Positions 40,186 to 53,837 of a stretch of 64,000 nucleotides of DNA are shown here, piece after piece (the stretch's first letter is position 1; each line of letters starts with the position of its first letter). The notes beneath the pieces are model-generated. The model was not told the origin of the DNA. It saw only the letters and a list, made by a program, of their open reading frames with translations, and made no database searches. The position numbers and the translations under genes were made by a program. The stretch covers positions 139,624,001-139,688,000 of the forward strand of contig OZ024740.1 of assembly GCA_964016885.1 (NCBI GenBank), in the 5' to 3' direction. Origin of the DNA: Eledone cirrhosa. Lineage: Eukaryota.

Positions 40186-40640
40186 GGTGTCTGCCAACTC
40201 GTTTTCGAGTACGGCCACTTATTTATATCCATGTAGGAGAACTCCTACTGATGCGCTGAACGAGTGTGACTTTTTAGTCCAGCCAGCGACTTGAAAACTC
40301 TGGTACAAACACTACACTTGTGACAATTATTGACACATAGTGCTGGGCCCATGGTACCATGTGACGACAAGTGCAGAGAGATCTCCAGATATAAAGCAAT
40401 GCCTGTGCCGTGAAGCTTTTATAGTGAGCAAAGGCACTGCACAAAGCCAGTCCCACTCTCTTAACCAAAATATTTACCAAAAAGAAGAACATATCAACAT
40501 CATTGGATACCATCAGAGTTGCAGGTGTTATATCTGAGTTTTCCTTCTCCTAGAATTCTGCCTTGACAAAGGCTAAGGGGTCATCTCTCCCGGTGATTTT
40601 GGATGGTCATTGACTCTTAAGAGCTCCTTTGCCCTTTTGC
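40186..40640 (-). mobile_element. Same element, 5'-truncated copy 3
   Basis: Same fixed end, with a different truncation point. Confidence 0.8.
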
Positions 40641-40728
40641 ATACATACATACATGCATACATGCATACATACATACATACATACATAAATAAATAAATCC
40701 GTACATAGAATCGTTATTATTATTAGCA

Positions 40729-40913
40729 TGGATTGGCAGTATCGGTAGAGAGTCGGACGCCATGCTTTCCAGCATAGTTACGTCCCTCTACGGTCTGAGT
40801 TCAAATCCCGCCGAGGTTCACTTTGCCTTTCATCCTTACGGGGTCGATAAAATAAAGTACCCATGCACTGGGTAATTGCTGGCCTTGTGCCAAAAGTAGA
40901 AACAATTATTATT
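40729..40913 (+). mobile_element. Full-length Nin/Deu-domain SINE
   Basis: Nearly identical to 13817-14001. Confidence 0.85.
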
Positions 40914-40914
40914 A

Positions 40915-41510
40915 GCATCCGTCGATCTCGAAAGACCATGGATCTGCGCCTGAAGAATTTTGTTTCAACTACTGATGGTGGTGCAACATCTGTCGTGGCA
41001 GTCCAGGCCCTCATGTGGAAGTGACAGTCTCGTATGGTGCAACTGCATTTGAAGATGCTCTCGTGAGGTACTACTCTGTTTTTCATTCTTCGAACTTTTC
41101 GTCGGCTGCAAGTTTCAGTTTCTTTTTCACTCGCTCCATCCCTTTTCTTAATACTCGTCTTCGGCGTGAGCGATCGTTTGCGATCTAGCTCCTCTATGAC
41201 GGGTCGGCGGGTAGGTGTTCCAAGGTGCACACTATCCGAGATGCTGTTTTCCCTGGTGTAGAGTTCGGAGTGATGCTACCCCCATCTCTCCATCAGCTCT
41301 CTTTTGCTTTTGATGATCTTGCCTGTCCTGGATTTGAGAGGAGCTATCTCGCTCTGTGTTGGGCCGATGGCTTTCTTGATGCCCTCATATATTCCGTGAA
41401 TGTTACCTGTTTCAACTGACAGCTAAATGCTTTCATATAGTTGTAGCCAGTAGTCATTTTTACAGCGTCTCGCTCTCTTCTGTATTTTGTTTCTTACTCT
41501 CCTCAATGTT
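40915..41510 (-). mobile_element. Internally deleted RTE LINE (EN-RT linker joined to the C-terminal zinc finger and 3' UTR)
   Basis: HHSELYTREN..EELD (linker-like) is followed soon after by FKCSCTIRDCHFH and an RTE-like tail atggtctttcgagatcgacggatg. Confidence 0.6.
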
Positions 41511-41559
41511 TGCAGCGTTGCACAGGTATGTTGGTATTTGTGCTTCAGCATACAATCAT

Positions 41560-42688
41560 GCAAACATAACCTAAAAGTGAAATGCATAGAAGGATGACTA
41601 TATTGTCACTGATAAAATAGAGTATCGCAGGTGTATATTTCAAAGAGAAAGGCTATCTGTGATGCTATTTATACTTTTTCCTTTATTCTAAGGAAATATG
41701 AAGAATGCGTAATTGGTTCACAGGAGGCAACAAACCTTACACATGGTTTCTTTGTAGACCATCTGAATATCATGAATATAGGAACGGAGTTAGGCCAAGA
41801 TAAGTGTTCCTCAATGATGGTAAAGTAAACAAAAACTATAAGTAAGCTAATCTAGTAATATCAATGTCCTGACTATTTCACCTGTATTTGATGATGACAA
41901 CTACATATAATTATGGAGAGATGAAAATATGCCATATGATGGAGTTTGTAACAAGGATCGAGTAACCAGGGAATATAACACCTGGATAAGAAAACTATGG
42001 GCTTCGGAACTCTCTGCGCATGATAATTCAGTGGCCCACAATGTTTGCTATGCCTGTGCTGATATAAACCTTTGGACTACTTGACTAGACGCTAGATGAG
42101 ATCCGAGCCATTGATGTAAAAATCTGAAAAGTTCTAACTGTCACCAGAAATTTCCACAGTGACATAGACCACCTCTACCTAAAATGTAAACAAGGACGCA
42201 GAAGTTTAACACCAATCCAAACAGCATTTGTGTGTAGCATCATATCCCACCGATATATCTACGAACTACCTAGCGTAGAAACCCATCCATAGAACAAGTC
42301 TGTCTACATGAGGCAGATAACATCAAGGGTGTTGGAAAGGTGTTCCTTGAGAAATACTTCCCGCATCATAACCAAAAACTGACATCCAGGGAATTTATAC
42401 AAAATACTGCAACGTAAAAATATGAAAAACATTTCAGAAATTCAGCATGTAATAATTGTATATACACACGTATAGATACAGAAACATGCACGTATACACA
42501 TATAACTCAAAACATACATATCCACACAAGCAATAACATCCATACATGCACACAAACACATACAGACTTGCATACGTATTTACCTAGTTGATGTCTAAAT
42601 TCCAAGGAAAGGGTTTTGTTTCTGTGCTAAAAACTGGCTCTCTCTCTCCCTAGTAGTGAAAATATATTAAATAATGTAACCAGAAAAA
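41560..42688 (+). mobile_element. Old, deleted R4/Dong-type LINE copy
   Basis: HGFFVD..IGTELGQDKC; similar to 20380-21240 and to the 3' UTR. Confidence 0.8.
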
Positions 42689-42785
42689 TATACACACAAA
42701 CAGGCAGACAGACAGGCAGATAGATATTTAGACAGACAAACTGACACACAGATGCACATACATCAAAATAGTTAGACAAAAACGA

Positions 42786-42820
<35 letters not shown>

Positions 42821-43039
42821 GAGTGACAGACAGACAGACATAAAGGCGTACATAATACCAACTGACATACATACTGACTGACAGAGAGAAAGGCAGACAT
42901 ACATACTAACATACATACAGACTGACAGACAAACAGGCATAGAGGGTTCTTTCAATAGAATCAGGCGTTGGTAAGCTCATTACTTACATAAACACTTTAC
43001 TATTGTCTTTGTTTAGAGTTATTGTGGTTTCATCAATCA

Positions 43040-43480
43040 TCTGCTGTTGCTGCTGTTGTTGTTGATGCTGCTGTTCTTGTTGTTGTTGTTGTTGTTGTGG
43101 TGGTGGCGGTGGTAGTGGTGGTGGTGGTAGTAGTGGTAGTGGTGGTGGTGGTGGCGGTGGTAGTGGTGGTGGCGGTGGTGGTTGCGGTGGTGGTTGTGGT
43201 GGTTGTGGTGGTCGTCGTCGTGATGGTCGTCGTGGTCGTGATCGTGGTGGTTGTGGTGGTGGTTGTGGTGATGGTGGTAGTAATGGTGATCGTGGTGGTT
43301 GTGGTGGTGGTTGTGATGATGGTGGTAGTAATGGTGATCGTGGTGGTTGTGGTGGTGGTGATGGTGGTGGTAATCGTGATCGTGGTGGTTGTGGTGGTTG
43401 TGGTGATGGTGGTAGTAATGGTGGTGGTGGTGGTGGTGGTGGTGGTGGTTGTGGTGATGGTGGTGGTGGTGGTGGTGGTG
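43040..43480 (+). repeat. (GGT)/(GTT)-rich low-complexity array
   Basis: Read directly; similar tracts at 43760-44095 and 44830-45160. Confidence 0.9.
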
Positions 43481-45684
43481 AAGGCGTTGGGTTAGGACTG
43501 ACATTGATAGATGTAGATAATAGTGGTTGGTTGCTCTTTTCGTTATTGTTTAACACCAGGTCAGGTCTCATCATGACCATCTCGTCTTTTCCTCATCTAC
43601 ATGTAGGTCACGACCACATTATCAAGGTTCCCTCTCCTTTTGCTTTGAGGAAGATTTGGCTGCTATTGCTAGCAGGTCGTTGAAGACGACACAGGCTACT
43701 TTTTAATTTAGGCTGTTGTTGGTCGTGAAAATGACAGGTACTACTTAGGAAGGCAAGTAGGTGGTGCTGATGCTGGTGATGGAGATGGTACTGGCGCTGG
43801 TGCGTTCGGTGAAGGTGGTGGTACTACTTCTGCTGCTGGTTGTGATGGTGGTGGTGGTGGTGCTGGTGGTTGTGGTGGCGGTGGTGGTGGTGGTTGTTGT
43901 GGTGGTGGTGGTTTACGGTGGTGGTGGTGGTCGTCGTTGTCGTCGGTTTGGTGATGGTGGTGGTGGTGTTGGTAGTGGTGATGGATGTGATCTAAAATAG
44001 AGTTGTTAGGGAGAGATATCGTCGATTTAACGGTTAAAGAGTAAACCTTGGTGGTGGTGGTGGTGGTGGTGGTGGTGGTGGTGGTGGTGGTGGTAGGGTG
44101 TCATGATAATACACATTAGTATTTCCCTCGAACTCACTACCAACATCACCCCCACCAACACCAACACCTCCACCAACATCACCCCCACAACTACCACTAA
44201 AATTAATCAATCAAACAAGAAATCAAACAAACAAGCTAAGATATAAAATATCGAACAAGAGTCATACACAACAACAACAAACAACAACAGTGACTACCAC
44301 AATAACAATATTAAAATTAACAATAATAGCAATAACATGAACAACAATGGCAACAACAATAACAACAAGAGAAGCAACCAGAAGAACAACACCGATAACA
44401 AGTATAACAATAACATCAACAACAATAGCTGTAACAGCAACGATTACAATAACAAAAACAAATACAAGTTATGACAGTGTTCAGTAAATACTGAATAACA
44501 AAAGGAAACCCAACAACAAAATCCAGGCATTGACTGAATTGTTGTCGTTGAAGGATGGTGGACTAAAGACGGAACAGGGTTTAGGGAAGTGGGGGAAGTT
44601 GTGCCAGGGTGGGGAAGTAGGGTGGGGAGAGACTGAAGAAGAGTAGTGAGGGCAGGACAGGGAAGCAGTGGGGAAGAGGGGGTCAGAATAGACGTTCAGG
44701 GTGGGGAGGAGCGACAGTGAGAAAGTAGGTGGGGGGGGGCAACGCGGGAAATGTTGGTATGCCGTATGAAGCCATAGAGTGTAGTTACATGATCTAGAAA
44801 ACAAGGACGTTGATAATGATGTTGTTATTGATGATGATGGTGGTGGCGGTGGTGATAGTGGTGCTGGTGGTGGAGGTGATGGAGTAGGTGTTGGTGGTGG
44901 GGGGTGTAGGTGTTGGTGGTGGTGGTAGTGGTGGTGTAGGTGGTAGTGGTGGTGTAGGTGGTGGTGGTGGTGTAGGTGTAGGTGGTGGTGGTGGTGTAGG
45001 TGGTGGTGGTGTAGGTGGTGGTGGTGTAGGTGGTGGTGGTGGTGTTGGTGGTGGTGGTGATTGTCATAGTCATTGTCGAAGTCTTAGTGGTGGAGCATGA
45101 GATATTGGAGGTGGTGATGCTGATTGGAGTGGTAGATGGTGGTGGTAGTGGTAGTAGTGTTGACACTGAAAGATGGGGCACTTATAGTCGCTGGAATCGA
45201 ACCCAGTGCATTATATATAACCACAGTGATCCTTTAAAGTGACACGTGTTTACATATTTGCTCATTTGGAATTGGGAACGTATAATTGTTATGATTGTTG
45301 ATGTTATTGTGGTTGTTGTTGATGTTCTTGAAGGTGTTGTTCATGTTGTTAGTGTTGCTACTGTTGTTAATATCGTTGTTGTTGTTGTTAACGTTGCTAT
45401 AGAAGTTGAGGTCGTTGATATTTTGATGGTGATGCTGTTGTTGTTGCTGCTGTTCGAGTTGCTGTTGATGAGGGTGGTGTTGCTGAAGCTCTTTTTACTT
45501 TATTGTTGAAGATATTGTTGTTGTTACTGAGGTTGCTTCTACCGTTGTTGTTTTTGCTGTTGTTGATGTTGATGATAATGATATTGATAATGTTGTTCTT
45601 ATTGTTGTTGATCTAGTGAATATTTTTGCTTTTTTTTTTTGTCGTTTAACACGAGTTCAAACATGATCCAATATCTTTATAATC

Positions 45685-46125
45685 CTTAGATCAGTAGTTC
45701 TTTAGCCTCGGGTTAGTCTCTGATTCAGTAGCTCTCTAGCACAGGTCAGCCCTGAACCAGTAGCTCGATAGTCCCAGTTCGGTCTCTGATTCAGCGATTC
45801 TCTAGCCCCGGTCGGTCTCTGATCCGGTAGCTCACTAGCCCCTCGTCAATCTCTGATCCAGCAGCTCTAAAGCCCCAGGTCAGCTTTGATCCAATAGCTC
45901 TATAGTCCCAGGTCGGCTCTCCTCAAGCAGCTCTCTAGCCCCAAGTCAGCTTTGATCCAGTAGCTCCACAGATCCTGGTCAGTCCCTGATCCAGCAGCTA
46001 TATAGCCCCAGGTGAGTCCCTGATCCAGTATCTCTATAGCTCCAGGCCAGTCTCTGATCGGGTAACCCTGACCCTAGGCAAGTCCCTGATCCAGTAGCTC
46101 TATAGCCCAGGCAAATCTCTGATCT
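45685..46125 (+). repeat. About 31-bp minisatellite (ccctgatccagtagctctatagccccaggtcagt), about 14 diverged units
   Basis: The tgatccagtagctc motif recurs about every 31 nt. Confidence 0.85.
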
Positions 46126-47006
46126 CAACAACATTTCGTTTTGCCTTATATAACTTATCCAAAGAAGAAAATGGACTTCCAGTGATTTTTATTAATGCCT
46201 TCGAATCTGGAAGCAGAAATGGAGCAAAATCTTGATTTCTTTAAACAAGAAATTTGTTCCGAATCTTTACAATACACTAGACTTTATTAGATACCTAAGT
46301 GGTACATAAAGATGTTAAATCGAATGAAATGTAGGTCTGGTAGACGAGAAGATGTATCATGAAAATGACAGACATCCATACAATTTTCGTCAACCAAATT
46401 CTTCTCATAAGGGTTGTAAAATAATCAGGGCTATAGTAAGCGCTATTTGTCAAAGTTGCCGCACAGTGGGATCAAACCAGAGACCACGTGATTGCGAAAT
46501 GGATTTCTGAAGTAAATGACTTATTTATAAATATGTTTTCACCGAATTGACAACGTGGAAATTTGCCTGTGCAATAATCGTCCACTTACAGTTTAATTCA
46601 ATGAGTATGTAGTTCAGTTGATCGAACAACTGGTATATCCATCGTCACAATCGACAGAGAACCATTTATTAATATTGGTGGCTCCAATGGAAATCGGAGA
46701 ACGTTGATGTTGTTGGTATAATATAAACTCGTTTCGACGTTCAATTGCTTATGACATGATGTGTGACAGCACAGTAAAGGCATGTTCCTTTCCTTCTGAA
46801 ACTGTCTCATCTATTTTATGGTGTTGGTAGTTATGATCATTTTATGGATAATAGAAGGACGCAGCTGCGCTTCGCCAATTCTTATGTTCTGTCGTCTTTC
46901 TTGGACATAAACTATCACATTATAACACACAGATAAAGTAAGGACAACTGGACAACTGAACAAGAATAACCAACTACTCCCGGGCAGTATATAATATAAT
47001 ATAATA

Positions 47007-47191
47007 TAATTGTTTCTACTTTTTGGCACAAGGCCAGCAATTACCCAGTGCATTACTGGTACTTTATTTTATCGACCCCGTAAGGATGAAAGGCAAAGTT
47101 AACCTCGGCGGGATTTGAACTCAGTCCGTAAAGAGACGTAACTGTGCTGCAAAGCATGGCGTCCGACCCTCTACCAATACTGCCAATCCAC
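47007..47191 (-). mobile_element. Full-length Nin/Deu-domain SINE
   Basis: Reverse complement of the 13817 family. Confidence 0.85.
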
Positions 47192-47288
47192 ATAATATAA
47201 TATAATATAATATATATATTATTAGAGAGTGAGGTTTTTTTACAAAAGGAAAAATAACCGAGGTGTCCTACACGAGTGAAAGTATAAA

Positions 47289-47573
47289 GAAAAAAAGATG
47301 AAATCGAAAATGCAACAGGAATCTTATTTTATTTTTAAATATATGTATTTATTTGGTTCCTTTACCGGTTTCGCAGTTCTTCTGCTTTTCAAAAGTAGAG
47401 TTGAGATGGAGGGTCTGTGGTTTTTCTCACATCTGATGTGAGAAAACCACAGATCCTCCATCTCAACTCTACTTTTGAAAAGCAGAACTGCAAAGCCGGT
47501 AAAGGAACCAAATAAATATATATATTTTTTTAAAATAAGACTCCAGTTGCATTTTCGATTTCATCTTTTTTTC
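47289..47573. mobile_element. About 285-bp palindrome with a U3/A8 hammerhead in each arm
   Basis: Centre at 47434 (cacatc-t-gatgtg). The HHR is intact on - at 47359-47396 and degenerate on + at 47471-47505. Confidence 0.8.
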
Positions 47574-47592
47574 TATACATATATATATATAT

Positions 47593-47905
47593 ATGTAGAT
47601 AAATCTACCAAAATATATGGTAGTGTCCAATCCGTATGAAGAACTCAATGTAATCCAAATATCATCAAAAGAGAAGATGCATTCAAAAATTTTCGATTAA
47701 AATCATAGGAGAACAGAGTCATGATAAATTAATAAAAACAATGAATAAAAACAAAATTCATCATTTTACGATCGTTTCTAGGATATATATATGTGTTGGT
47801 ATGTATATCATACCAACACACATATATATCCTAGAAACGATCGTAAAATGATGAATTTTTTAATATAAGGAACTTGTTCTTTGTTTTTATTCATTGTTTT
47901 TATTA

Positions 47906-47910
<5 letters not shown>
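47593..47910. mobile_element. Second copy of the 2144-2700 family, with the palindrome centred inside HHR stem II
   Basis: Arms ..cgatcgtttctaggatatat..gttggtatg-tatat-cataccaac..atatatcctagaaacgatcg; the CTGAAGA half is absent. Confidence 0.8.
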
Positions 47911-47949
<39 letters not shown>

Positions 47950-48109
47950 TCCGGGAGTATATAATAGATAGATAGATAGATGTATATGTATGTATAAATA
48001 TATATGTATGAATATATGTATGCAAATATGCATATATGCATGCATAAATGTATGTATGCATGCATATATGTATGAGTGTATGTGTGTATGTATGCATCTA
48101 TGCATGTAT

Positions 48110-48690
48110 GTTGTTGCTACTGGTAACATGTATCCCAGTACAACCTGTCTCATGGTCGGTTCGTTGACGACTAAACTGGCAACCCCACCAAGGTTTCTTG
48201 GTGAGGAGGGTGACTTTGGACATCCTGCAGGACTAAAAACAAAACCTGTCAAAGGGAAAAGGAGCTCTTAAGAGTCAATGGCCATCCAAAATCACCGGGA
48301 GAGATGACCCCTTAGCCTTAGGAGAAGGAAAACTCTGATATAACACCTGCAACCCTGATGGTATCCAATGATGTTGACTTGTTCTTCTTTTTGGTAAATA
48401 TCATCTTGGTTAAGAGAGTGGGACTGGCTTTGTGCAGTGCCTTGCTCACTATAAAAGCTTCTCGGCACAGGCATTGCTTTATATCTGGAGATCTCTCTGC
48501 ACTTGTCGTCACACGGTACCATGGGCCCAGCACTATGTGTCAATAATTGTTACAAGTGTAGTGTTTGTACCAGAGTTTTCAAGTCGCTGGCTGGACTAAA
48601 ATATCACACTCGTTCAGCGCATCGGTAGGGGTTCTCCTACATGGATATAAAGTAGTGGCCGTACTCGAAAACGAGTTGGCAGCTACCAAG
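48110..48690 (+). mobile_element. Longest copy of the bipartite RTE-like element
   Basis: RTE 5'UTR-like ggagaaggaaaactctga, C2H2 finger CSVCTRVFKSLAGLKYHTRSAHR* (48557-48628), 3' hairpin actcgaaaacgagt, then an ATGT tail. Confidence 0.75.
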
Positions 48691-51419
48691 CATGTATGTA
48701 TGTATTTGACCTATTACTATTCAAATAGAATCGAGCCGTTAAGAGTTATACAATGTGACAAAAACTCCTTTTCAAAATAGATAACGCAAGTTACAATAAG
48801 TTTTCTAATTGTTTTTGCAAAAGTGAAAATGTGAGGTTAGCAGTGCATAAAGTTGTTCATAGTAATTCATAATAATTCATCTTCAAAACCCAGTAAGGAA
48901 GTCTATCACTAAAGTATCAGTGTATAACTTCAAAAACAAATTAAAAATGATATAGCACTGTCTAGCTGATGAAAGTTATGTCTTCGTCATTTACGCTCGT
49001 GTCACATTCCCAGAAATTTGAAGAAGTCATTATGAGGTGTCATCTGCTTATATCAGCTAGAAAGACACGAGAGAGAGGGAGAGGGTGAAGAGAGTGCGAA
49101 AGGTAGAGTGAGGTGGAGACGGAGAGAGTGATGGGTATAATGAATGTCACATCTGGGAATGTCTATTGCATGGCAAACACGATTTTCTGCAAGTTTACCA
49201 TTACTAACTTCATCACCATCACCATCACCATCACCATCATCATAAAACAACAACAGCACCAATAACATTACCAGCCACAAATAATACCATCACCAACACC
49301 AAAAGAACGCTACAACCAACACCTTTCGAGGGAGCAGATACCGTGTGCACGATACAAGGCAAAGCACTGAATCGACATTTCCGTTGGTTTTACAAAACAA
49401 AAAAAGATGAAGCAGACAATAAGTTCATTTGAGTCAGGAATGAAAGTTTGTTTTAGTGCTGTTGATAGTACATTAGGCAGTTACACCATAAAAGAGTCAT
49501 TTTTTCCACTCATAATTCACACAAAAACTGTTAACTTTACTTTAAATACAACATTTATTTTTCGGTGTCAAATGTTTTGTTGCACTCTTTTCGACCTGGT
49601 CATTGACCCAGTTCCGCTGTGTGACGAATATTTTGACACTGAGAAATACATGATAAATGCAAAGTGAAGTTAATATTTATTTTCTGTGCGTTATTTGAAT
49701 AGCTAAAGCGGCAGTTGCACACTTTCTTTGTTTTAATTTCAACATAAAGTCACAGATCATGTCACTTGCCAGTCACGTACAACTCCAAATAGGACAAACA
49801 CGTTTTATTTTTAAATTAAAAATATAGAACTGGAAAGTATATTTTAATTTAAGAAACTATCCTTTCGAGGTCGATAAATAAAGTAACAGTTCCGAGTAAT
49901 GAATTGGCAGTAATCAAAGCCGAACACCTTAACCATTAGACCACGTGCATTTACAAAAAAAAAGTCAATAAAATAAGAACTAATGAAGAAGTAGCTCCAT
50001 TTAACCAATTATAACCTCTCACAAAATGTGCGACCTTGGAAAATATATATGAAATCAATATCATCAATATTATTCTAGTAGTCATAGAGTACTTTTACTA
50101 AACAACCGAGCACTGCTCAGTGTGCCTTGTGTATATGATATGTTTGGTCTTTTAAGTGCTTTTATTTCTATTGCATCAAAATCTACAGAATGTAATATGT
50201 GTGCTGTGCCGTCTAATGCTATTTCCATATGTTGTGTTTATGTACTCTACGTAATATGTTTGTCGTAGCTTGTGGAGTTATTTTCTGTATGTTGTGCACG
50301 TTCTGAATTTTTTTCTGGCTTTTTGGGGTGGTGGGAGGCTTTTTGCTTCTAACGTTTTTAATCTAATCCCTCTTTGAATTTCAAGAAATAAAGTGTTGTC
50401 CTGCCCTTAGAAACATGTTGTATTCCAACTAAAAAAGAAACATTAACCAACTCAACAAAAATAATAATAAAATTATATTACCTCTGTCTAAAAGTTTACT
50501 GAATAAATTTGCAAATTCACATATTCACTCATTCACTCGATCACATCCACACATCAGCTTATTCCCATATTCACACAAACACATATTCATACAATCCCTC
50601 ATTCCCACATTCATGCATTTACACTATCACTCATTCCCATATACCTTTAATGGAAATGAAAGGGAAATATATAAATACACTAAGCTAGCAATACAAACAA
50701 GTGCTGGATGCTTAAAAATTGAGTTAATGTTTAAACGTGAATAGTTTGGAAGAATCGATTGATATGGCTAAAATGTGAAATGTGTACACTGCATGGAACG
50801 TGAAAAATCTAAACAAACCTGAATCTGGATATTTTAAGTCAGTCAACCATATCAATGAAGTAATCAATCAATCAATTATCCATTCAATCGTTTACTCAGA
50901 TAATGAAGCAAGCAAATATGTTGGCACCACGTCTGTTTCTCGCAATCGAGGATGACTTGGTATCAGCATTTGTATAACATACGTTTGCTAATTATTTTAT
51001 GTTCCCATGTAGTCGGAGACAGACACGGACAACCACTCGACTAGGATGTGCCAGCTAGAGGGAGAGAGACCTGCAACCTGTCAGCATCGGGCTATCACAT
51101 TTCTTTTTATCGCCCTTGAAAATATGAACGGGTAAATTGAACTTGACGAGATTTAAAGTCAGCGCAAAGAGCCGGAATAAATATCGCAAATGCATTCTTT
51201 TTAACGCTTTAGCAACTCTACTAATTGTCTTAAATATTTTACATAGGCTAGAAATAAATATCACCCTGGTGATAAATATCACCCAAGATATATTTTCCTG
51301 TTGAGTCGTGACCACAACAATGTTTCTATATTATTTCTTGATACAAATTTACTTCACTGTATTTCACTGTACTTCAAAAAATATAGTGTTTACGATCCGT
51401 ATAGAAAAACAACAGGAGA

Positions 51420-51503
<84 letters not shown>

Positions 51504-51867
51504 TACAGTTTAGTTTCGCTTCAATTCGAAATTAGACACTTCCGGTATTCCCGTATGAAGCTAATAAAGTAGGTACTCGTGCCACCAACTATACGTACTA
51601 CTTTTCCGTACCTTCCCTTTCTCTTTTCATACATTTCCCACGCCCTAACACTTCACCCATGTCTTAACACTCCATACTTCATCCACAGCATATCCCAAGA
51701 ACCACAGTGCTTTATATGTATAGTATGTATAGTTCTACTAGATCTACCACTAGATCTACCTCTCCGATCCCCATGTACTACCCCACCCCAGTCCCCGGTC
51801 CACAATGTAAAATGGTAACTTTAGTGCCCCAATAAAAAGCACCCAATATATATATATATATATAGAT

Positions 51868-53804
51868 ATGTTCCGTTATTAACCACAGGGGCACAAAAGA
51901 ATGGGACATATACAAAGGGGAAAGTTTACATACAATAAAAACGTGTAAAATACTATCACAAATGCGATTTAAAAAACAATCGATTTTCCCCAATAGGGGG
52001 AGACATTACATATGGGTAACACATACCCCCCGAAAAAATGTGCAACCTTCATCTCCAGCAGTACGAAGAGTGAGTACCCCTTTCCTCTCTTCCGCTTTTT
52101 CCTCAACCTACAGGCTGATATAGAGAGAAGGCCCATTCACTCGGGCCATTCTCGCCACTTTCATCCACCTTTCATGAAACTTGCTGAGGTACAGCACCTC
52201 TCTCTCCATCCTGATTCTTCTTCCAAAGTGGTATTTGAAAAAAAGAATCAGTTGTTGGCCGGATAGAAAGGTGTCTGACCTCAGCCCTTGTAAATATCGT
52301 CCACCATACAACCTCTTTCGCCATAGCTATCACACAGAGGAGAACCGCCTCTCCTTCGTTTTTGAAGGAGGGTGGCGGTTTAATCATGACAATGGACTAC
52401 AGTCGGTCTACATAGCCCCACAGGTTGGTAACGCCTGGGCTGTGTACGAATGCGTGGGCGACGGTTTGTTCGTCTCGCACGCATCTCTTCTTCGAAGGGT
52501 CTCTGCCCGGGCGCCCGTGTCTGTAGAGCTAGTCTCGAACTGGTAGAGCTCCTCGGTAGCACTGTCAGGCCAGGAGTTTTGGAGGTTGTCCATCGGTCCC
52601 GGATGGAAGGTCCTACCGAACAGACTGGCCAGTTCGTCTTCCTCTACGCCTAGAGTTTCTCCGAGCGCGTCGTCGCACTTGCTGCGGACCAGCATTCGAT
52701 GTGCCAGTCACCCATTTTCCTCGGTCTTTGCTTGACCCAGGACTGCAGCTCGGTCAGCGAGACGAGTCGTGGGAAGGCTCGCCTCACGAACGGAGCCCAC
52801 ACCGGTTGTCCGGTGAGGAATACGTGGAGGTGCCGCAGCCTGAGCGCGTGTTTGCGCATCGTCAGCCACAGCATCCCCAGCCCTCCGTTGGAAGGGTGTT
52901 GGCAGCAGATGGATCTTCTCACCAAAGGAGCCCGCTTCTTTCAAAGGAATTGGAAGAGCGCGCGCTCCATTTTGGTGAGCGTTTTGGCTGGACAAGGCAC
53001 GACGGTCAAGCGGTACTAGATGACGGACGCTATAAAAGTGTTCGCCACCTCCGCTCGACCTTTCAAGGATAGTTTGCACTCGGCCCACTTTTGGGTGAGT
53101 GCAAACACCTTGGCCGTCACCTCGTTCCAGTTATTCTCCACCTGGAGGTCCGGACCAAACCAGACCCCGAGCGGCTTCACCGCTCCTTCCGTCCAGCTTC
53201 CGACGACGCCATCGGAAGGCATCGGTTTGCCTCTCCACGTTTCGAGTTTCAAACCGATGGACTTGTCCCGATTCTGCTTCGCTCCTGTGAACCTTTCGTA
53301 TTCCTTCAGTAAGGTGCCAACTTCCTCGATTTGCGAGGTGCTCGACACCATTACTGTCACGTCGTCGGCGTAGGCCGACGCCGTTTTCCACGGTCCCTGT
53401 TCCAGAAGGATGCTCTGTAATAGCTCCAACTGCCGCAATAGTGGCTCGAGAGTCAGTACGTACAGAAGGGAGGAGAGAGAGCATCCCAGTTGGATGGATC
53501 GCGTGATATGGAACGGCTCCGAGAGGTAGCCGTTCACCTTGACCCTTGAGCAGATGTTGCTGATGTGCATTGCAGCAATGCAGCCCCTGAACACGGGTCC
53601 GAAGCCTGTCGCCTCGAGCACCGCATCCAGGTAACGATGGTCAACACTATCGAAATCCTTAGACTGATCCAAGTTGATCAGGGCCCCACCGTAGCCGGGT
53701 TTACACCCAACCCTCTCTACGATGTATCGCATGAGGTGGAGGTTGTCGCGTATGGACCTGGTCGGGATTGCGCATGTCTGCGCTTCTCCCACCAGGTTTT
53801 TGAC

Positions 53805-53807
<3 letters not shown>
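51868..53807 (-). mobile_element. 5'-truncated Tx1/L1-clade LINE (RT domain plus 3' UTR)
   Basis: QTCAIPTRSIRDNL, LINLDQSKDFDSVDHRYL, GCSLSSLLYVLTLEPL, SAYADDVTV, LSLKGRAEVAN, NGGLGM. The 3' end is gtggttaataa and (TA)n lies at both ends. Confidence 0.92.

Positions 53808-53835
<28 letters not shown>

Positions 53836-53837
<2 letters not shown>

Noticed and set aside
42984-43580. Pro/Gln-rich 198-aa ORF
   Set aside because: It is the reverse strand of a (GGT)n array.
45685-46125. CRISPR-like array
   Set aside because: The units are contiguous and diverged with no unique spacers; the context is eukaryotic and there are no cas genes.
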